Source: an uncultured Aquihabitans sp. (GTDB taxonomy: Bacteria > Actinomycetota > Acidimicrobiia > Acidimicrobiales > Iamiaceae). Taken from it: a stretch of 48,932 nucleotides of DNA. Made by a program: the position numbers and the translations under genes. Location: positions 1 through 48,932 of the forward strand of contig CAZIVZ010000001.1 in assembly GCA_964542495.1 (NCBI GenBank). Reading direction: 5' to 3'. Each line of letters starts with the position of its first letter. The stretch's first letter is position 1. Of the stretch, positions 9,041-17,710 are shown one piece after another. The notes under the pieces were generated by a model. That model worked only from the letters and a program-made list of their open reading frames with translations, made no database searches and was not told where the DNA came from.

Positions 9041-9811
9041 ATGGCTGGTGCGGTTGCGGTCGACGTCGACAGGCTGAGCCACGCGCTGGACGAGGTCGGC
9101 TTCCGCGTCGAGCGCTCGGTGGTCCCTGCGGCGCTGGTCGAGGCGCTGCGCACCGAGGTGGTCGACGCCCTCGCCCTCGAACGAGACCTCTTCCCCCCGG
9201 GCGACGAGCAGTACGGCCGGCTGCTGTTCGCGGCGCGACACGGTGGCGCCTTCCTCGACCTCCTCGCGTTCGACCCGCTGTTCGATCCGATCGAGGGCCT
9301 GATCGGCCGCGACGCCATCGTCTACACCTACACCAGTTCGTGCCTGCCGTCGGGATGCTCGGGCCCGGTGTCGGAGTTGCACGACGACTTCGATCCCCGT
9401 CGGTCCACCCGACGACTGGCCCTGGCCGCCCTGGTCATGCTGGACGAGTTCGCCGAGGAGACTGGCGCCACCGAGATGGTCGTCGGCACGCACCTCTCCG
9501 AGGATGCCGAGCGGACCTCGGACGGGCCCAGGGCGTTCGTGACCGGGGGCCCGGGCGACGTCTGCTACTTCGACCCGAGGATCCTCCACCGCAGCACCCT
9601 GAACCGCGGCGATGACTGGCGCCGATCGGTGATCGTCATGATGGTCGAGCCTTGGATCCGCCAGCGCTTCGACGTGGCCAGGATGCTGGGCCCCACCACC
9701 CTGGACGACCAGTCCCCCGAGGTGGCCCGCCGCCTCGGCTTCGGTGCGCTGGCACCGGGTTCCCCGGAGGAGTTCGTCGCCCGCCGCACCCTGGATCGGC
9801 GCTACGGGTGA
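9041..9811 (+). CDS. Phytanoyl-CoA dioxygenase (PhyH) family Fe(II)/2OG oxygenase
   Basis: LHDD (HxD), MLDEFAEETGATEMVVGTH, GDVCYFDPRILHRS..N....R. Confidence 0.85.
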   Translation: MAGAVAVDVDRLSHALDEVGFRVERSVVPAALVEALRTEVVDALALERDLFPPGDEQYGRLLFAARHGGAFLDLLAFDPLFDPIEGLIGRDAIVYTYTSSCLPSGCSGPVSELHDDFDPRRSTRRLALAALVMLDEFAEETGATEMVVGTHLSEDAERTSDGPRAFVTGGPGDVCYFDPRILHRSTLNRGDDWRRSVIVMMVEPWIRQRFDVARMLGPTTLDDQSPEVARRLGFGALAPGSPEEFVARRTLDRRYG

Positions 9812-9891
9812 CGCCCCGGCCGATGAGATCCGGCGCGAGCGACCAGGGTCGACGTTAGGCTCGGGCGTCGAGGCCGAGGTCGGGGGTCAGA

Positions 9892-11400
9892 ATGCTCGCT
9901 TACATCGTGTTCCCCAACGTTCGGGGCAGGTTCTCCGAGCACGGCCAGCGAGACGACCTGTCGGCGTTCTCGATGCGTTCGCTGCCGATCTACGTGCTGG
10001 CGGCGCTGGTCCGGCGGTGCGGTTGGGACGTCGTCACGGTCGACGAGACGTGCCAGGCGGTCCCCGAGGGTCGGCCGGACCTCGTGATGATCACCGTGTG
10101 GACCTCCACGGCTCCGAGCGCCTACGCGCTGGCCGACTCCTACCGGGCCCAGGGGGTTCCGGTGGTCGTGGGCGGGGTCCACGCGTCGCTGATGCCAGGC
10201 GAGGCGCTCCGCCACGCCGATGCCGTGGTCGCCGGCGAGGCCGAGGCGGTGATGCCAACGGTGCTGGCCGACGTCGCCGCCGGCTCGCTGAAGCCGATCT
10301 ACGAGGGCGAGTGGCTGGACATGGACGCCACCCCCTCCATCTCGGAGTACGCCGACCTGTACTCGAGCGGGCCGAACCGCTGGTCGCCGATCCACGGCAT
10401 CCAGACCTCCCGCGGGTGTCGCTACAACTGCAGCTACTGCTCGGTGATCCGCATCAACGGGCGGGGGATGCGGCACATGGACCCGGAACGGGCCGTGGAG
10501 GAGCTGCGCATCATCTCGCGCCTGCCGCTGCAGATCCCGGGCGGGACCGCGGTCTACATCCACGACGACGACCTGATGTCGGACCCCGACTACACCAAGC
10601 TGCTCTACGAGGCGATCATCCGGTCGAAGTTGAAGCTGCGAATCGGCTGCCAGGCCTCGATCGGCATCGCGCGAGACAGCGAGCTGCTCGCCCTGGCTGC
10701 CCGAGCGGGGACCACCAGCATCTGCGTCGGCCTCGAGAGCATGTCCCGGGAGAGCCTGATCGAGGCCAACAAGAAGAACCGGCCCCACGAGTTCAAGGAG
10801 CTGATCGCCCGGGTGCACGAGCACGGCATCGGGCTCACCACCGGGGTCATCTTCGGGTTCGATCACGACGAGCCCGACATCTTCGAGCAGACCGGTCGCT
10901 TCCTCGAGGACATCGAGGTGGACAACGTCCACTTCACCGCGCTGACGCCGTTGCCGGGCACCGAGACCTTCGCCCACTTCTGGGAGCAGGATCGCATCAT
11001 CGACCTCGACTGGAGCCGATACGACGCGCTGAGCGTGGTCATCCAGCCCGAGCGCATGACGCCCGAGCAGCTGCACGAGGGGCTCTGGGAGAGCTACCGG
11101 GCGTTCAACGCCCGCGGCGCCCGCAACCGTCGGTTCCGCCGGATGATGCGCACCCATCCCTGGTCGATCTCCGGAGCGTTCCTGCTCGGCAGCATCAGCT
11201 ACACGCGGCGCCACCACGTCATGAGCCACCGTCCGCGACTCGGCTTCGTGCCCGACCCCGAGGACCTCGAGAAGCTCCTCCGCTCGAGCCGGGCGCCGGC
11301 GAGCGAGGCGATCAACGTGGCGGTGCAGCAGGCTTCGACGTTGCTCCCGGCTCCCCGGCGTCGGTCTGCGCCAGAGATCGCGCCCCTGGCGCACTCCTAG
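9892..11400 (+). CDS. Cobalamin-binding radical SAM protein
   Basis: B12 domain VVVGGVHAS..PGEALRHADAVVAGEAE; QTSRGCRYNCSYC; VGLES; IFGFDHD; LTPLPGT. Confidence 0.93.
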   Translation: MLAYIVFPNVRGRFSEHGQRDDLSAFSMRSLPIYVLAALVRRCGWDVVTVDETCQAVPEGRPDLVMITVWTSTAPSAYALADSYRAQGVPVVVGGVHASLMPGEALRHADAVVAGEAEAVMPTVLADVAAGSLKPIYEGEWLDMDATPSISEYADLYSSGPNRWSPIHGIQTSRGCRYNCSYCSVIRINGRGMRHMDPERAVEELRIISRLPLQIPGGTAVYIHDDDLMSDPDYTKLLYEAIIRSKLKLRIGCQASIGIARDSELLALAARAGTTSICVGLESMSRESLIEANKKNRPHEFKELIARVHEHGIGLTTGVIFGFDHDEPDIFEQTGRFLEDIEVDNVHFTALTPLPGTETFAHFWEQDRIIDLDWSRYDALSVVIQPERMTPEQLHEGLWESYRAFNARGARNRRFRRMMRTHPWSISGAFLLGSISYTRRHHVMSHRPRLGFVPDPEDLEKLLRSSRAPASEAINVAVQQASTLLPAPRRRSAPEIAPLAHS

Positions 11401-11420
11401 CGGGAGGACGAGCGGCGCAC

Positions 11421-12845
11421 TCAGGTGCCTTGGTACTGGAGCTCCCAGTCGGCAGGAACATCCAGCAACCCCGAGCCGTCGAGCAGCGACAAACCGCCGG
11501 CCACCAGCATGGCGACCACCACAGCCCCCGTTGTCCAGACCCACAGCGGCCTCACTCTGGACCGGTCCGACGGGCGGTGGTACAGGGCGACGGCTTCCCA
11601 CGCGATCGTGCGCAGAGCCAGAACCAGCAGCACGGAGACGCACGCCTGGGTGGGGACGGCCATGTTGCCTACACCCGCCTTGTCGCCGGTCTCCCGGACG
11701 GTGAGCATCAGCGGGAGCGCGACCCCGAGCGCCACGAGCACCAGCTGCACCGACCGCTCTCGTAGGAACCGGCCCGCGCTGGACCAGGCCGCCAGCAGTA
11801 CGAGGACGAGCGGAGACCAGAAGGCCGGGCCCATCCGATGCCACCCGAAGATCGGCTCGACGAAGAACTCGATGGTCCAGCCCGACCGGAACTCACCGGA
11901 CTGCCCGCTCCCGAGGAACCAGGTCTGCCAGAGCACCACCGCCGCCACGGGCGCCACCGCCCACCGCGCGAGACGCCAGAACGTCACGGCTGTGCACCGT
12001 CGCACGGCGATGAGGTAGATGGGCAGGGCGGGGAGCAGCACGAGCGTGAACGTCGGCTTGGCGAGGGTACCCAGCACCACGACGAGGGCGAGGGTGCAGC
12101 GGTCACGCAGCGACACCCACCGTTCTGTTCCGAGCTCGGATGACTCGATCGCTCGTGAGATGAGCGGAAGCGCCAGGAAGGTGAACGGAAGCGATGCCAC
12201 GAACGTTGGGTTGCCCCACCAGTGGACCGCGAAGAACGGGGTGGTCGGCGAGAGTGCGTGGATCGTCAACAAGATGAGGACCGGGCTCTCGAGGAAGAAG
12301 TAGCCAGCGGCCACCAGCTCGGCGGTACGGCGTGGCAGCACCTGGGCCTCGTGGCGTGACGGCTCGCGCATCAGCACCACCAGAGACATGTAGGTGATGG
12401 CGATGAACCCCACAAGTGCGGCGACGGGTCCGAGACGGGGACCGACGACCACCTGGCCGCCCCTGGCGGCCAGGTGGAAGAGGAACTCGGGAACGTTCAG
12501 GTGCAGAGGTAGCAGGGAGAGCGACCGCGCGCTCTCGATGTGCAGCGGGTAGTCGTTGATGCCGAGGACGGTGACCTGGTCGCCTCGGGTGACGAGCCGC
12601 CATAGCGTGAACGACCAGATCAGACCGATGGCGAGGCCTCTGGCCAGCAGCTGGACCGATCGAGCGGACCCCACGCGGCGGAGCAGGATCGCGCCGGTCC
12701 CGGAGGCGCGGCCGATCGACCTGGCCCCAGTCCGAAGCGCTCGGTGGAGGGTTCGTGCAGCACGGGGCCTGACCGGGAGGAGCCACAGGTGCGCGAGCGC
12801 CAGGGTGACCGCGCCTGATGCGACGACGACGTCCTCCGTGGTCAC
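11421..12845 (-). CDS. Polytopic membrane protein, probable GT-C-type glycosyltransferase
   Basis: Many hydrophobic segments; NDYPLH, PEFLFH, HWWGNPT, LAKP, ETG..AGVGN. Paralogue of 17711-19162. GTG start at 12845 inferred. Confidence 0.65.
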   Translation of the reverse strand: MTTEDVVVASGAVTLALAHLWLLPVRPRAARTLHRALRTGARSIGRASGTGAILLRRVGSARSVQLLARGLAIGLIWSFTLWRLVTRGDQVTVLGINDYPLHIESARSLSLLPLHLNVPEFLFHLAARGGQVVVGPRLGPVAALVGFIAITYMSLVVLMREPSRHEAQVLPRRTAELVAAGYFFLESPVLILLTIHALSPTTPFFAVHWWGNPTFVASLPFTFLALPLISRAIESSELGTERWVSLRDRCTLALVVVLGTLAKPTFTLVLLPALPIYLIAVRRCTAVTFWRLARWAVAPVAAVVLWQTWFLGSGQSGEFRSGWTIEFFVEPIFGWHRMGPAFWSPLVLVLLAAWSSAGRFLRERSVQLVLVALGVALPLMLTVRETGDKAGVGNMAVPTQACVSVLLVLALRTIAWEAVALYHRPSDRSRVRPLWVWTTGAVVVAMLVAGGLSLLDGSGLLDVPADWELQYQGT

Positions 12846-12891
12846 GGCTCGACGGTGGGAAGGCTCGGGTCGGACCGCGAAGCCGAGCGGA

Positions 12892-14436
12892 TCACCCGCA
12901 CTCGCTGTCGACGATCCGGGCCATGGCGTCCGGGAACCCCGTGAACACACCTCGCCCGGCCAAGAGCTCGGCCCTGAGCGGTCCGGCGGCCGCCTGGAGG
13001 TCGTCCTTCGACGCCACGAGCTGGTCGGTGAGCTCTCGCATGGCCCGCTGAACGGTGAGTGCGTCGTCTCGGATGTGGTCCGGAACGGTGGGGACCACCT
13101 CGGCGAGTTGCCGGTTGGCCTTGTCCAGGGCGGCGATGAGCTCGGCGCCGTCCATGCTCCCGATGTCGGCGAGGGGAAGCATGATGGCGACCACTCCAGC
13201 GCAGTCGGTGCGGGAGCGTTCGATCGTGGTGGTGGTGGCTTGGCTCGAGGGGGCCTGCGAAGACGGGCGGACCCCTGATCCCGGCCTGTCGATGCGGTAC
13301 AGGCCACCCGCCGAGCCGAGCGCGAAGAGCTCGCCGTCACGGCGTTGGCCCAGTGACACGATCGGCTCGGTCACCTCGGCCACCGCCCGGTCGCCAGACA
13401 CCTTTCCGTCGTCGGCCACATGAAGCGCCCGGAGCTGATCGCCGCACAGATCGCCGTAGATGTACCGTCCCGCGAGGGCGGGGACGGCCGTACCGGTGTA
13501 GGTGAACCCCCCCACGATGCCGCAGACCCCGGGGCCGTGGCGGCGGGCGTGGACCGGATCGACCAGCTCGACGTCCTGGGGGGGAGTGCCCTGCTGGGCA
13601 TCCGGGCCTTCTCGGTAGGGCCAACCGAAGTTCGTGACCGTCGTTCCGTCGAGGTCCTCCGCCGGGATGCGATCGAGCTCTTCGTAGGTGTCCAGCCCGA
13701 CGTCGCCGACCCACAGGTCGCCGGTGCGGTCATCGATGCTGATCCGCCATGGGTTGCGCAGGCCTCGGGCGATCATGTCCCTCGGCGTCGGGAGGGAGGA
13801 CACGTCGGGGTTCTCGACCACGGCCGCAGGGATCCTCAGGATCCCACCGATCATCAACGCCGGGTCCTGGGGACCGGGTGGGTCGATCTGTCGGAACTCG
13901 AGGTCGCCGATCCCGACGAGGAGGTCGCCTTCGCGGGTGAACGCGAGACCGCCGCCGTGGTGCCAGGACGAGGGTTCGGTCAGCGTGAACAGCGTACGTC
14001 CGCTCGTCGGGTCGATCGACTTCCCCGGCTCGTACGGGTACTGCTCGACCGTCACCGAGCCGGACCGCGCTGTGTAGTCCACGATCAGCGAACGGCCGTC
14101 GGGGCTCAGGAGCAGTCCGAAGAAGCCTCGCTCGCCGGGAGAGGACGACACCTTGCCCGTGAGGTCCAGGACGGGATCAGGGGCCAGCTCGGGAGGATCG
14201 GTGCTCGATCGACCCTGGTCGAGCCGCCAGATGGCCCCGAGGCGATCGGCCACCAGCAGCTCGCGGTCGCCAGGGCTGGTGGTGAACCCGGTGAGCGTGT
14301 TGGCAAACTGGGCGACTCGAGTGAGCACGGCGACTTCTCGGTCCGGGGCGGCTACGGGGTCGTCCGGGCTGCAGCCGGTGGTGAGCGCAAGGGCCGCACA
14401 GACCGCTACCGCCACCCTGCTCACGAGCCGGCTCAT
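12892..14436 (-). CDS. Glucose/sorbosone dehydrogenase (PQQ-dependent sugar dehydrogenase family) lipoprotein
   Basis: Lipobox-like LALTTGC; GERGFFGLLLSPD, HHGGGLAF, ARGLRNPWR, GDVG...YEE, NFGWPYREG, GRYIYGD. Confidence 0.9.
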   Translation of the reverse strand: MSRLVSRVAVAVCAALALTTGCSPDDPVAAPDREVAVLTRVAQFANTLTGFTTSPGDRELLVADRLGAIWRLDQGRSSTDPPELAPDPVLDLTGKVSSSPGERGFFGLLLSPDGRSLIVDYTARSGSVTVEQYPYEPGKSIDPTSGRTLFTLTEPSSWHHGGGLAFTREGDLLVGIGDLEFRQIDPPGPQDPALMIGGILRIPAAVVENPDVSSLPTPRDMIARGLRNPWRISIDDRTGDLWVGDVGLDTYEELDRIPAEDLDGTTVTNFGWPYREGPDAQQGTPPQDVELVDPVHARRHGPGVCGIVGGFTYTGTAVPALAGRYIYGDLCGDQLRALHVADDGKVSGDRAVAEVTEPIVSLGQRRDGELFALGSAGGLYRIDRPGSGVRPSSQAPSSQATTTTIERSRTDCAGVVAIMLPLADIGSMDGAELIAALDKANRQLAEVVPTVPDHIRDDALTVQRAMRELTDQLVASKDDLQAAAGPLRAELLAGRGVFTGFPDAMARIVDSECG

Positions 14437-14442
14437 CGCCAG

Positions 14443-14448
14443 ACCCTA
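14443..14448 (-). promoter_or_regulatory. Putative -10 element (TAGGGT) for a leaderless transcript
   Basis: TANNNT 6 nt upstream of the ATG at 14436; no SD sequence. Confidence 0.45.
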
Positions 14449-14493
14449 CCGTGGCACCTTGGCGCCCCAGCCGTCACGAGCGGACGCCGCCGG

Positions 14494-15693
14494 TCAGCGT
14501 CGTGGGTCCACGAGGCCGTCACCGAAGTCGCTGCGAGCGCCCTCGATCGTGGCTTGCGACTTCGGAGTCGGCGGGCTGAAGAGTCGGAAGCGGGCGACGG
14601 CGACGATGCTCCAGACCACCCCCAGACCGGCCACTTGGGCGGTCAGGTCGCCGCCGGCCGCATCGATCCCCACCACGGCACCGAGAGACAGCAGCACCAC
14701 CACCAGCGTGAGCCCCGCGGAGATGAGTGCGTGGCGCACCAGGCCCCCTGGCACCACCCGGCCGAAGCTCCAGCGACGGTGGGCGAAGGAGTTCGCGCCA
14801 GATGTGGCCAGAAGTGCTATGACCACAGCGACCCCGGCATCGAGGGTCGATTGCAGCAGCAGGAAGATCCCCATGGTCACGAGCGTGCTCAGGAGGCCGA
14901 TCACGGCGAACACCGCTCGCCGCCGGCCTTGCCGATCGGCGAACGGGGCACGAGGTGCGGTGCCGAGGTCGATGACCCCGCTGCCCCGCGCGAAGAGCCG
15001 TGCCATCCGGACGCAGCCGCGGAGGTCGTCCCGCACGGTTTGAGCCAGCTCGACTCGGCTCTCGGGGTCGTCGGTCCAATCGACCGGTACCTCGTGGATG
15101 CGGAGCCCGTTGCGCTCGGCGAGCAGGAGGAGTTCCGTGTCGAAGAACCATTCGTCGTCGCGGACCTCGGGTACGAGTCGGCGGGCGACGTCGGCGCGGA
15201 CGGCCTTGAACCCGCACTGCGCGTCGTGGAAGGAGTTCGCGAACACCGCACGCAGCAGCAGGTTGTACGAACGCGACAGCACCTCCCGCTTCACTCCGCG
15301 CCGGATGTTGGCTCCAGGCGCGAGGCGGCTCCCGACGGCCACGTCGGAGTGGCCCGACACGAGGGGGGCGACGAGGGGCAGCAGAGCGTCGAGGTCGGTG
15401 GAGAGGTCGACGTCGGTGTAGGCGACGATCTGGGCGTCGCTGGACATCCACGCCGTTCGCAGGGCGAGTCCTCGGCCCTTCTCCTCCAGACGCATCGCCT
15501 CGACCCCTGCGAGGCGATCGCTCAAGCTGGTCGCGATCGCCCAGGTGCCGTCGGTCGAGGCGTTGTCTACGACCTTGATGCACCAGGAGAACGGGAAGCT
15601 GTCCGTGAGGAAGCGGTGGAGGTGTTCCACGCTGGAGGCGAGCTGCGCCTGCTCGTTGTGAACCGGCACCACCAGATCGACCACGGCGCCCAC
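14494..15693 (-). CDS. Glycosyltransferase family 2 (polyprenyl-phosphate sugar synthase type) fused to a GtrA-like flippase domain
   Basis: VVPVHNE, VDNASTDGT, KGRGLAL, YTDVDLS, GSRL, DAQCGFKA, WFFDTELL, EVPVDWTDD; four C-terminal TM segments with AHRRWSF. Confidence 0.93.
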   Translation of the reverse strand: MGAVVDLVVPVHNEQAQLASSVEHLHRFLTDSFPFSWCIKVVDNASTDGTWAIATSLSDRLAGVEAMRLEEKGRGLALRTAWMSSDAQIVAYTDVDLSTDLDALLPLVAPLVSGHSDVAVGSRLAPGANIRRGVKREVLSRSYNLLLRAVFANSFHDAQCGFKAVRADVARRLVPEVRDDEWFFDTELLLLAERNGLRIHEVPVDWTDDPESRVELAQTVRDDLRGCVRMARLFARGSGVIDLGTAPRAPFADRQGRRRAVFAVIGLLSTLVTMGIFLLLQSTLDAGVAVVIALLATSGANSFAHRRWSFGRVVPGGLVRHALISAGLTLVVVLLSLGAVVGIDAAGGDLTAQVAGLGVVWSIVAVARFRLFSPPTPKSQATIEGARSDFGDGLVDPRR

Positions 15694-15774
15694 GACCCGG
15701 AGTCAACCACAGGCCCGCCTTGGCCGTCACGGGTTGGCATCGGATCGCACAGCGGTCGTGCTCCAGCGCTCGCC

Positions 15775-16686
15775 TCAGCGGGACGGGTGCGTCGTCTCCG
15801 CCACCTCGGGTTCGTCGCGCTCGAGCTCGACCAGCGTCCGGATCACCAGGTTGCCGGCGAAGCCCAGGCCGACCAGTCCAAGGCCGAGCAAGCCGATGGC
15901 CACGGCAGCGAGCGCCTCCAGCGCCTCGCCGCGCAGCACCGCCGCCAGCAGGACCACCACTGCCGCGGCCATGGCCGCCATCCCCACCCAGGCAAGCCCG
16001 AGCAGCACCGTGGGGCGGGTGGCTGCCTCGACTCCGAACCACGATCCGGCCAGCGCAGCGACGCCGAAGTGCGAACCACCCGTGCGCTGCGACGGCACGG
16101 GCACCTCCGTCGTGCGGTACCCGCGCTGGACCACCGCGGGCTTGAACCGGTGGTCGCGGATGCGCTGGCCCTGCGCGGCGAGGTCGGCCGCCACGGTGCG
16201 ACGCATGACCATGAACGCGCAGCCCACGTCCTCGAACGGGTAGCCCCACGATCGCAGCCGGGCGTTGACCACCGCCGAGCCCACGCGGCGCAGCACCGGC
16301 CGCGGGCCAACACGACGGGCGCTGACGAGATCGATGCCGTCCACCAACGCCTCCACGAGCTCGTCGAGGTGGGTCGGGTCGATCTCGAGGTCGTCGTCCA
16401 TGATGGCGACGAGGTCGAGGCGGGCCCGGCGGAGGCCCGCCTGCACGGCGGCGACCTGACCGGAGCCCTCGGCCAGGCGGACCCCGACGATCGAGGGGTC
16501 GCCCCGGGCGAGGTCCACGACCATGGACCACGTGTGATCGGTGCTGCGATCGTCGACGTAGATCACCTCGTGGCGCGGGTGGTGGGCCTGGAGCACCTCC
16601 ATCAGGCGCGCGTGCAGTGCCGGAAGCCGGCCCGCCGCGTCTCGCATCGGCACCACCACGGAGATGCCGGCCAGGTCGTCAACCAT
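15775..16686 (-). CDS. Glycosyltransferase family 2 (ArnC/GtrB-like)
   Basis: ISVVVPMRD, YVDDRSTDHT, GQVAAVQAGL, IMDDDLE, EDVGCAF, two C-terminal TMs. Confidence 0.88.
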   Translation of the reverse strand: MVDDLAGISVVVPMRDAAGRLPALHARLMEVLQAHHPRHEVIYVDDRSTDHTWSMVVDLARGDPSIVGVRLAEGSGQVAAVQAGLRRARLDLVAIMDDDLEIDPTHLDELVEALVDGIDLVSARRVGPRPVLRRVGSAVVNARLRSWGYPFEDVGCAFMVMRRTVAADLAAQGQRIRDHRFKPAVVQRGYRTTEVPVPSQRTGGSHFGVAALAGSWFGVEAATRPTVLLGLAWVGMAAMAAAVVVLLAAVLRGEALEALAAVAIGLLGLGLVGLGFAGNLVIRTLVELERDEPEVAETTHPSR

Positions 16687-17665
16687 CGCCAGGCCAGGCG
16701 TGGAGCGTGTACGAGGCACGGATGGGGTGCGAGCCGACCGCGTCGGCCGCCCGCTGGGTGGTGACGTTGCGGGCCTGGGTCTCCCACTCCGTGTACCGGG
16801 CGCCGGGCGGGAGCTGGTGCACCCCGGCCGACAGCATGGCGCGGGCGACGCCGCGCGACGAGCCATCGGACACGATCCAGGTGTCGGCCAGGACCTTGAC
16901 CCCGAGCTCCCGGTCGAGGACCGGGTCGATGACGCCCGAGTACGCCGCGACCACCTCGTGGCTGCGCCGAGCCACCACGAGGTGGTCGGACCAGGACCCG
17001 GAACCGATGTTCGGGATCCACTGGCCGTAGAAGCGCTCGATCGCGTCCCGCGGCACCCGGGGATCGGCGCGGTAGTGGTTGAGGTCCCAGGTGGCGGTCT
17101 GGGTGGAGAGGCGTTCGATCGCCGCCCGGGTGAGCACGTCGCCGAACGGCGGGTGGTGGACCTCGACGGTGACGTCGGGCGGTGGCGCGATCACCTGCTC
17201 GACCTCGTGACGGTCGACCAGTGACGTGAGGGCTACGTCGCAGACCGCGAACCCGGCCTGCTGGGCGGCCTGGAGCGCCTCCACGTCGCCGGCGTCGACC
17301 TTGAGCACCAGCAGGGCCATCGTGGCACCGGCGCGCTCGAGCACGCGGCGCAGCACCCGCCCGATGGCGCCGGGTCGGTCGGGTTGCTCGGCCGGGCTGA
17401 TGACGGCGTCGATCGATCCCACCGCGAACCCGAAGGCCTCGGACTCCATGGCCCGGTGCCGGACGGGTGCCACCGCCGCGGGCCCGGAGGGACCGTGCTC
17501 CACCGCCACCCAGCCCCGGGCGTCGGCTCGAGCGGCGTCCCACCCGGCGATGCCCAGAGCGGTCTCGGCGGCTGGGTGAACCCGGTTCAGGCCCCGGCGG
17601 CTCGACCACGGGTAGCCGTGGAGCGTCGACCGGACCCAGCGGTCCAGCGCGTCGTCCTCGGGCAT
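16679..17665 (-). CDS. GNAT acyltransferase, WecD/RffC (amino-sugar acetyltransferase)-like
   Basis: ESEAFG, QQAGFAVCD, NHYRADP...RFYGQWIPN, SRGVARAML, ETQARN. Confidence 0.72.
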   Translation of the reverse strand: MPEDDALDRWVRSTLHGYPWSSRRGLNRVHPAAETALGIAGWDAARADARGWVAVEHGPSGPAAVAPVRHRAMESEAFGFAVGSIDAVISPAEQPDRPGAIGRVLRRVLERAGATMALLVLKVDAGDVEALQAAQQAGFAVCDVALTSLVDRHEVEQVIAPPPDVTVEVHHPPFGDVLTRAAIERLSTQTATWDLNHYRADPRVPRDAIERFYGQWIPNIGSGSWSDHLVVARRSHEVVAAYSGVIDPVLDRELGVKVLADTWIVSDGSSRGVARAMLSAGVHQLPPGARYTEWETQARNVTTQRAADAVGSHPIRASYTLHAWPGDG

Positions 17666-17672
17666 GGTTGCG

Positions 17673-17678
17673 AGCGTA
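17673..17678 (-). promoter_or_regulatory. Putative -10 element (TACGCT) for a leaderless transcript
   Basis: TANNNT 7 nt upstream of the ATG at 17665. Confidence 0.4.
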
Positions 17679-17710
17679 GCGTCGAGGGCTGTCGGCGTTG
17701 TCTGGCTGGT

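Noticed and set aside
11421-15693. Possible horizontally acquired segment (looks slightly less GC-biased)
   Set aside because: Impression only; it could not be quantified, and no flanking repeats, integrase or transposase were seen. A sliding-window GC3 plot would decide.
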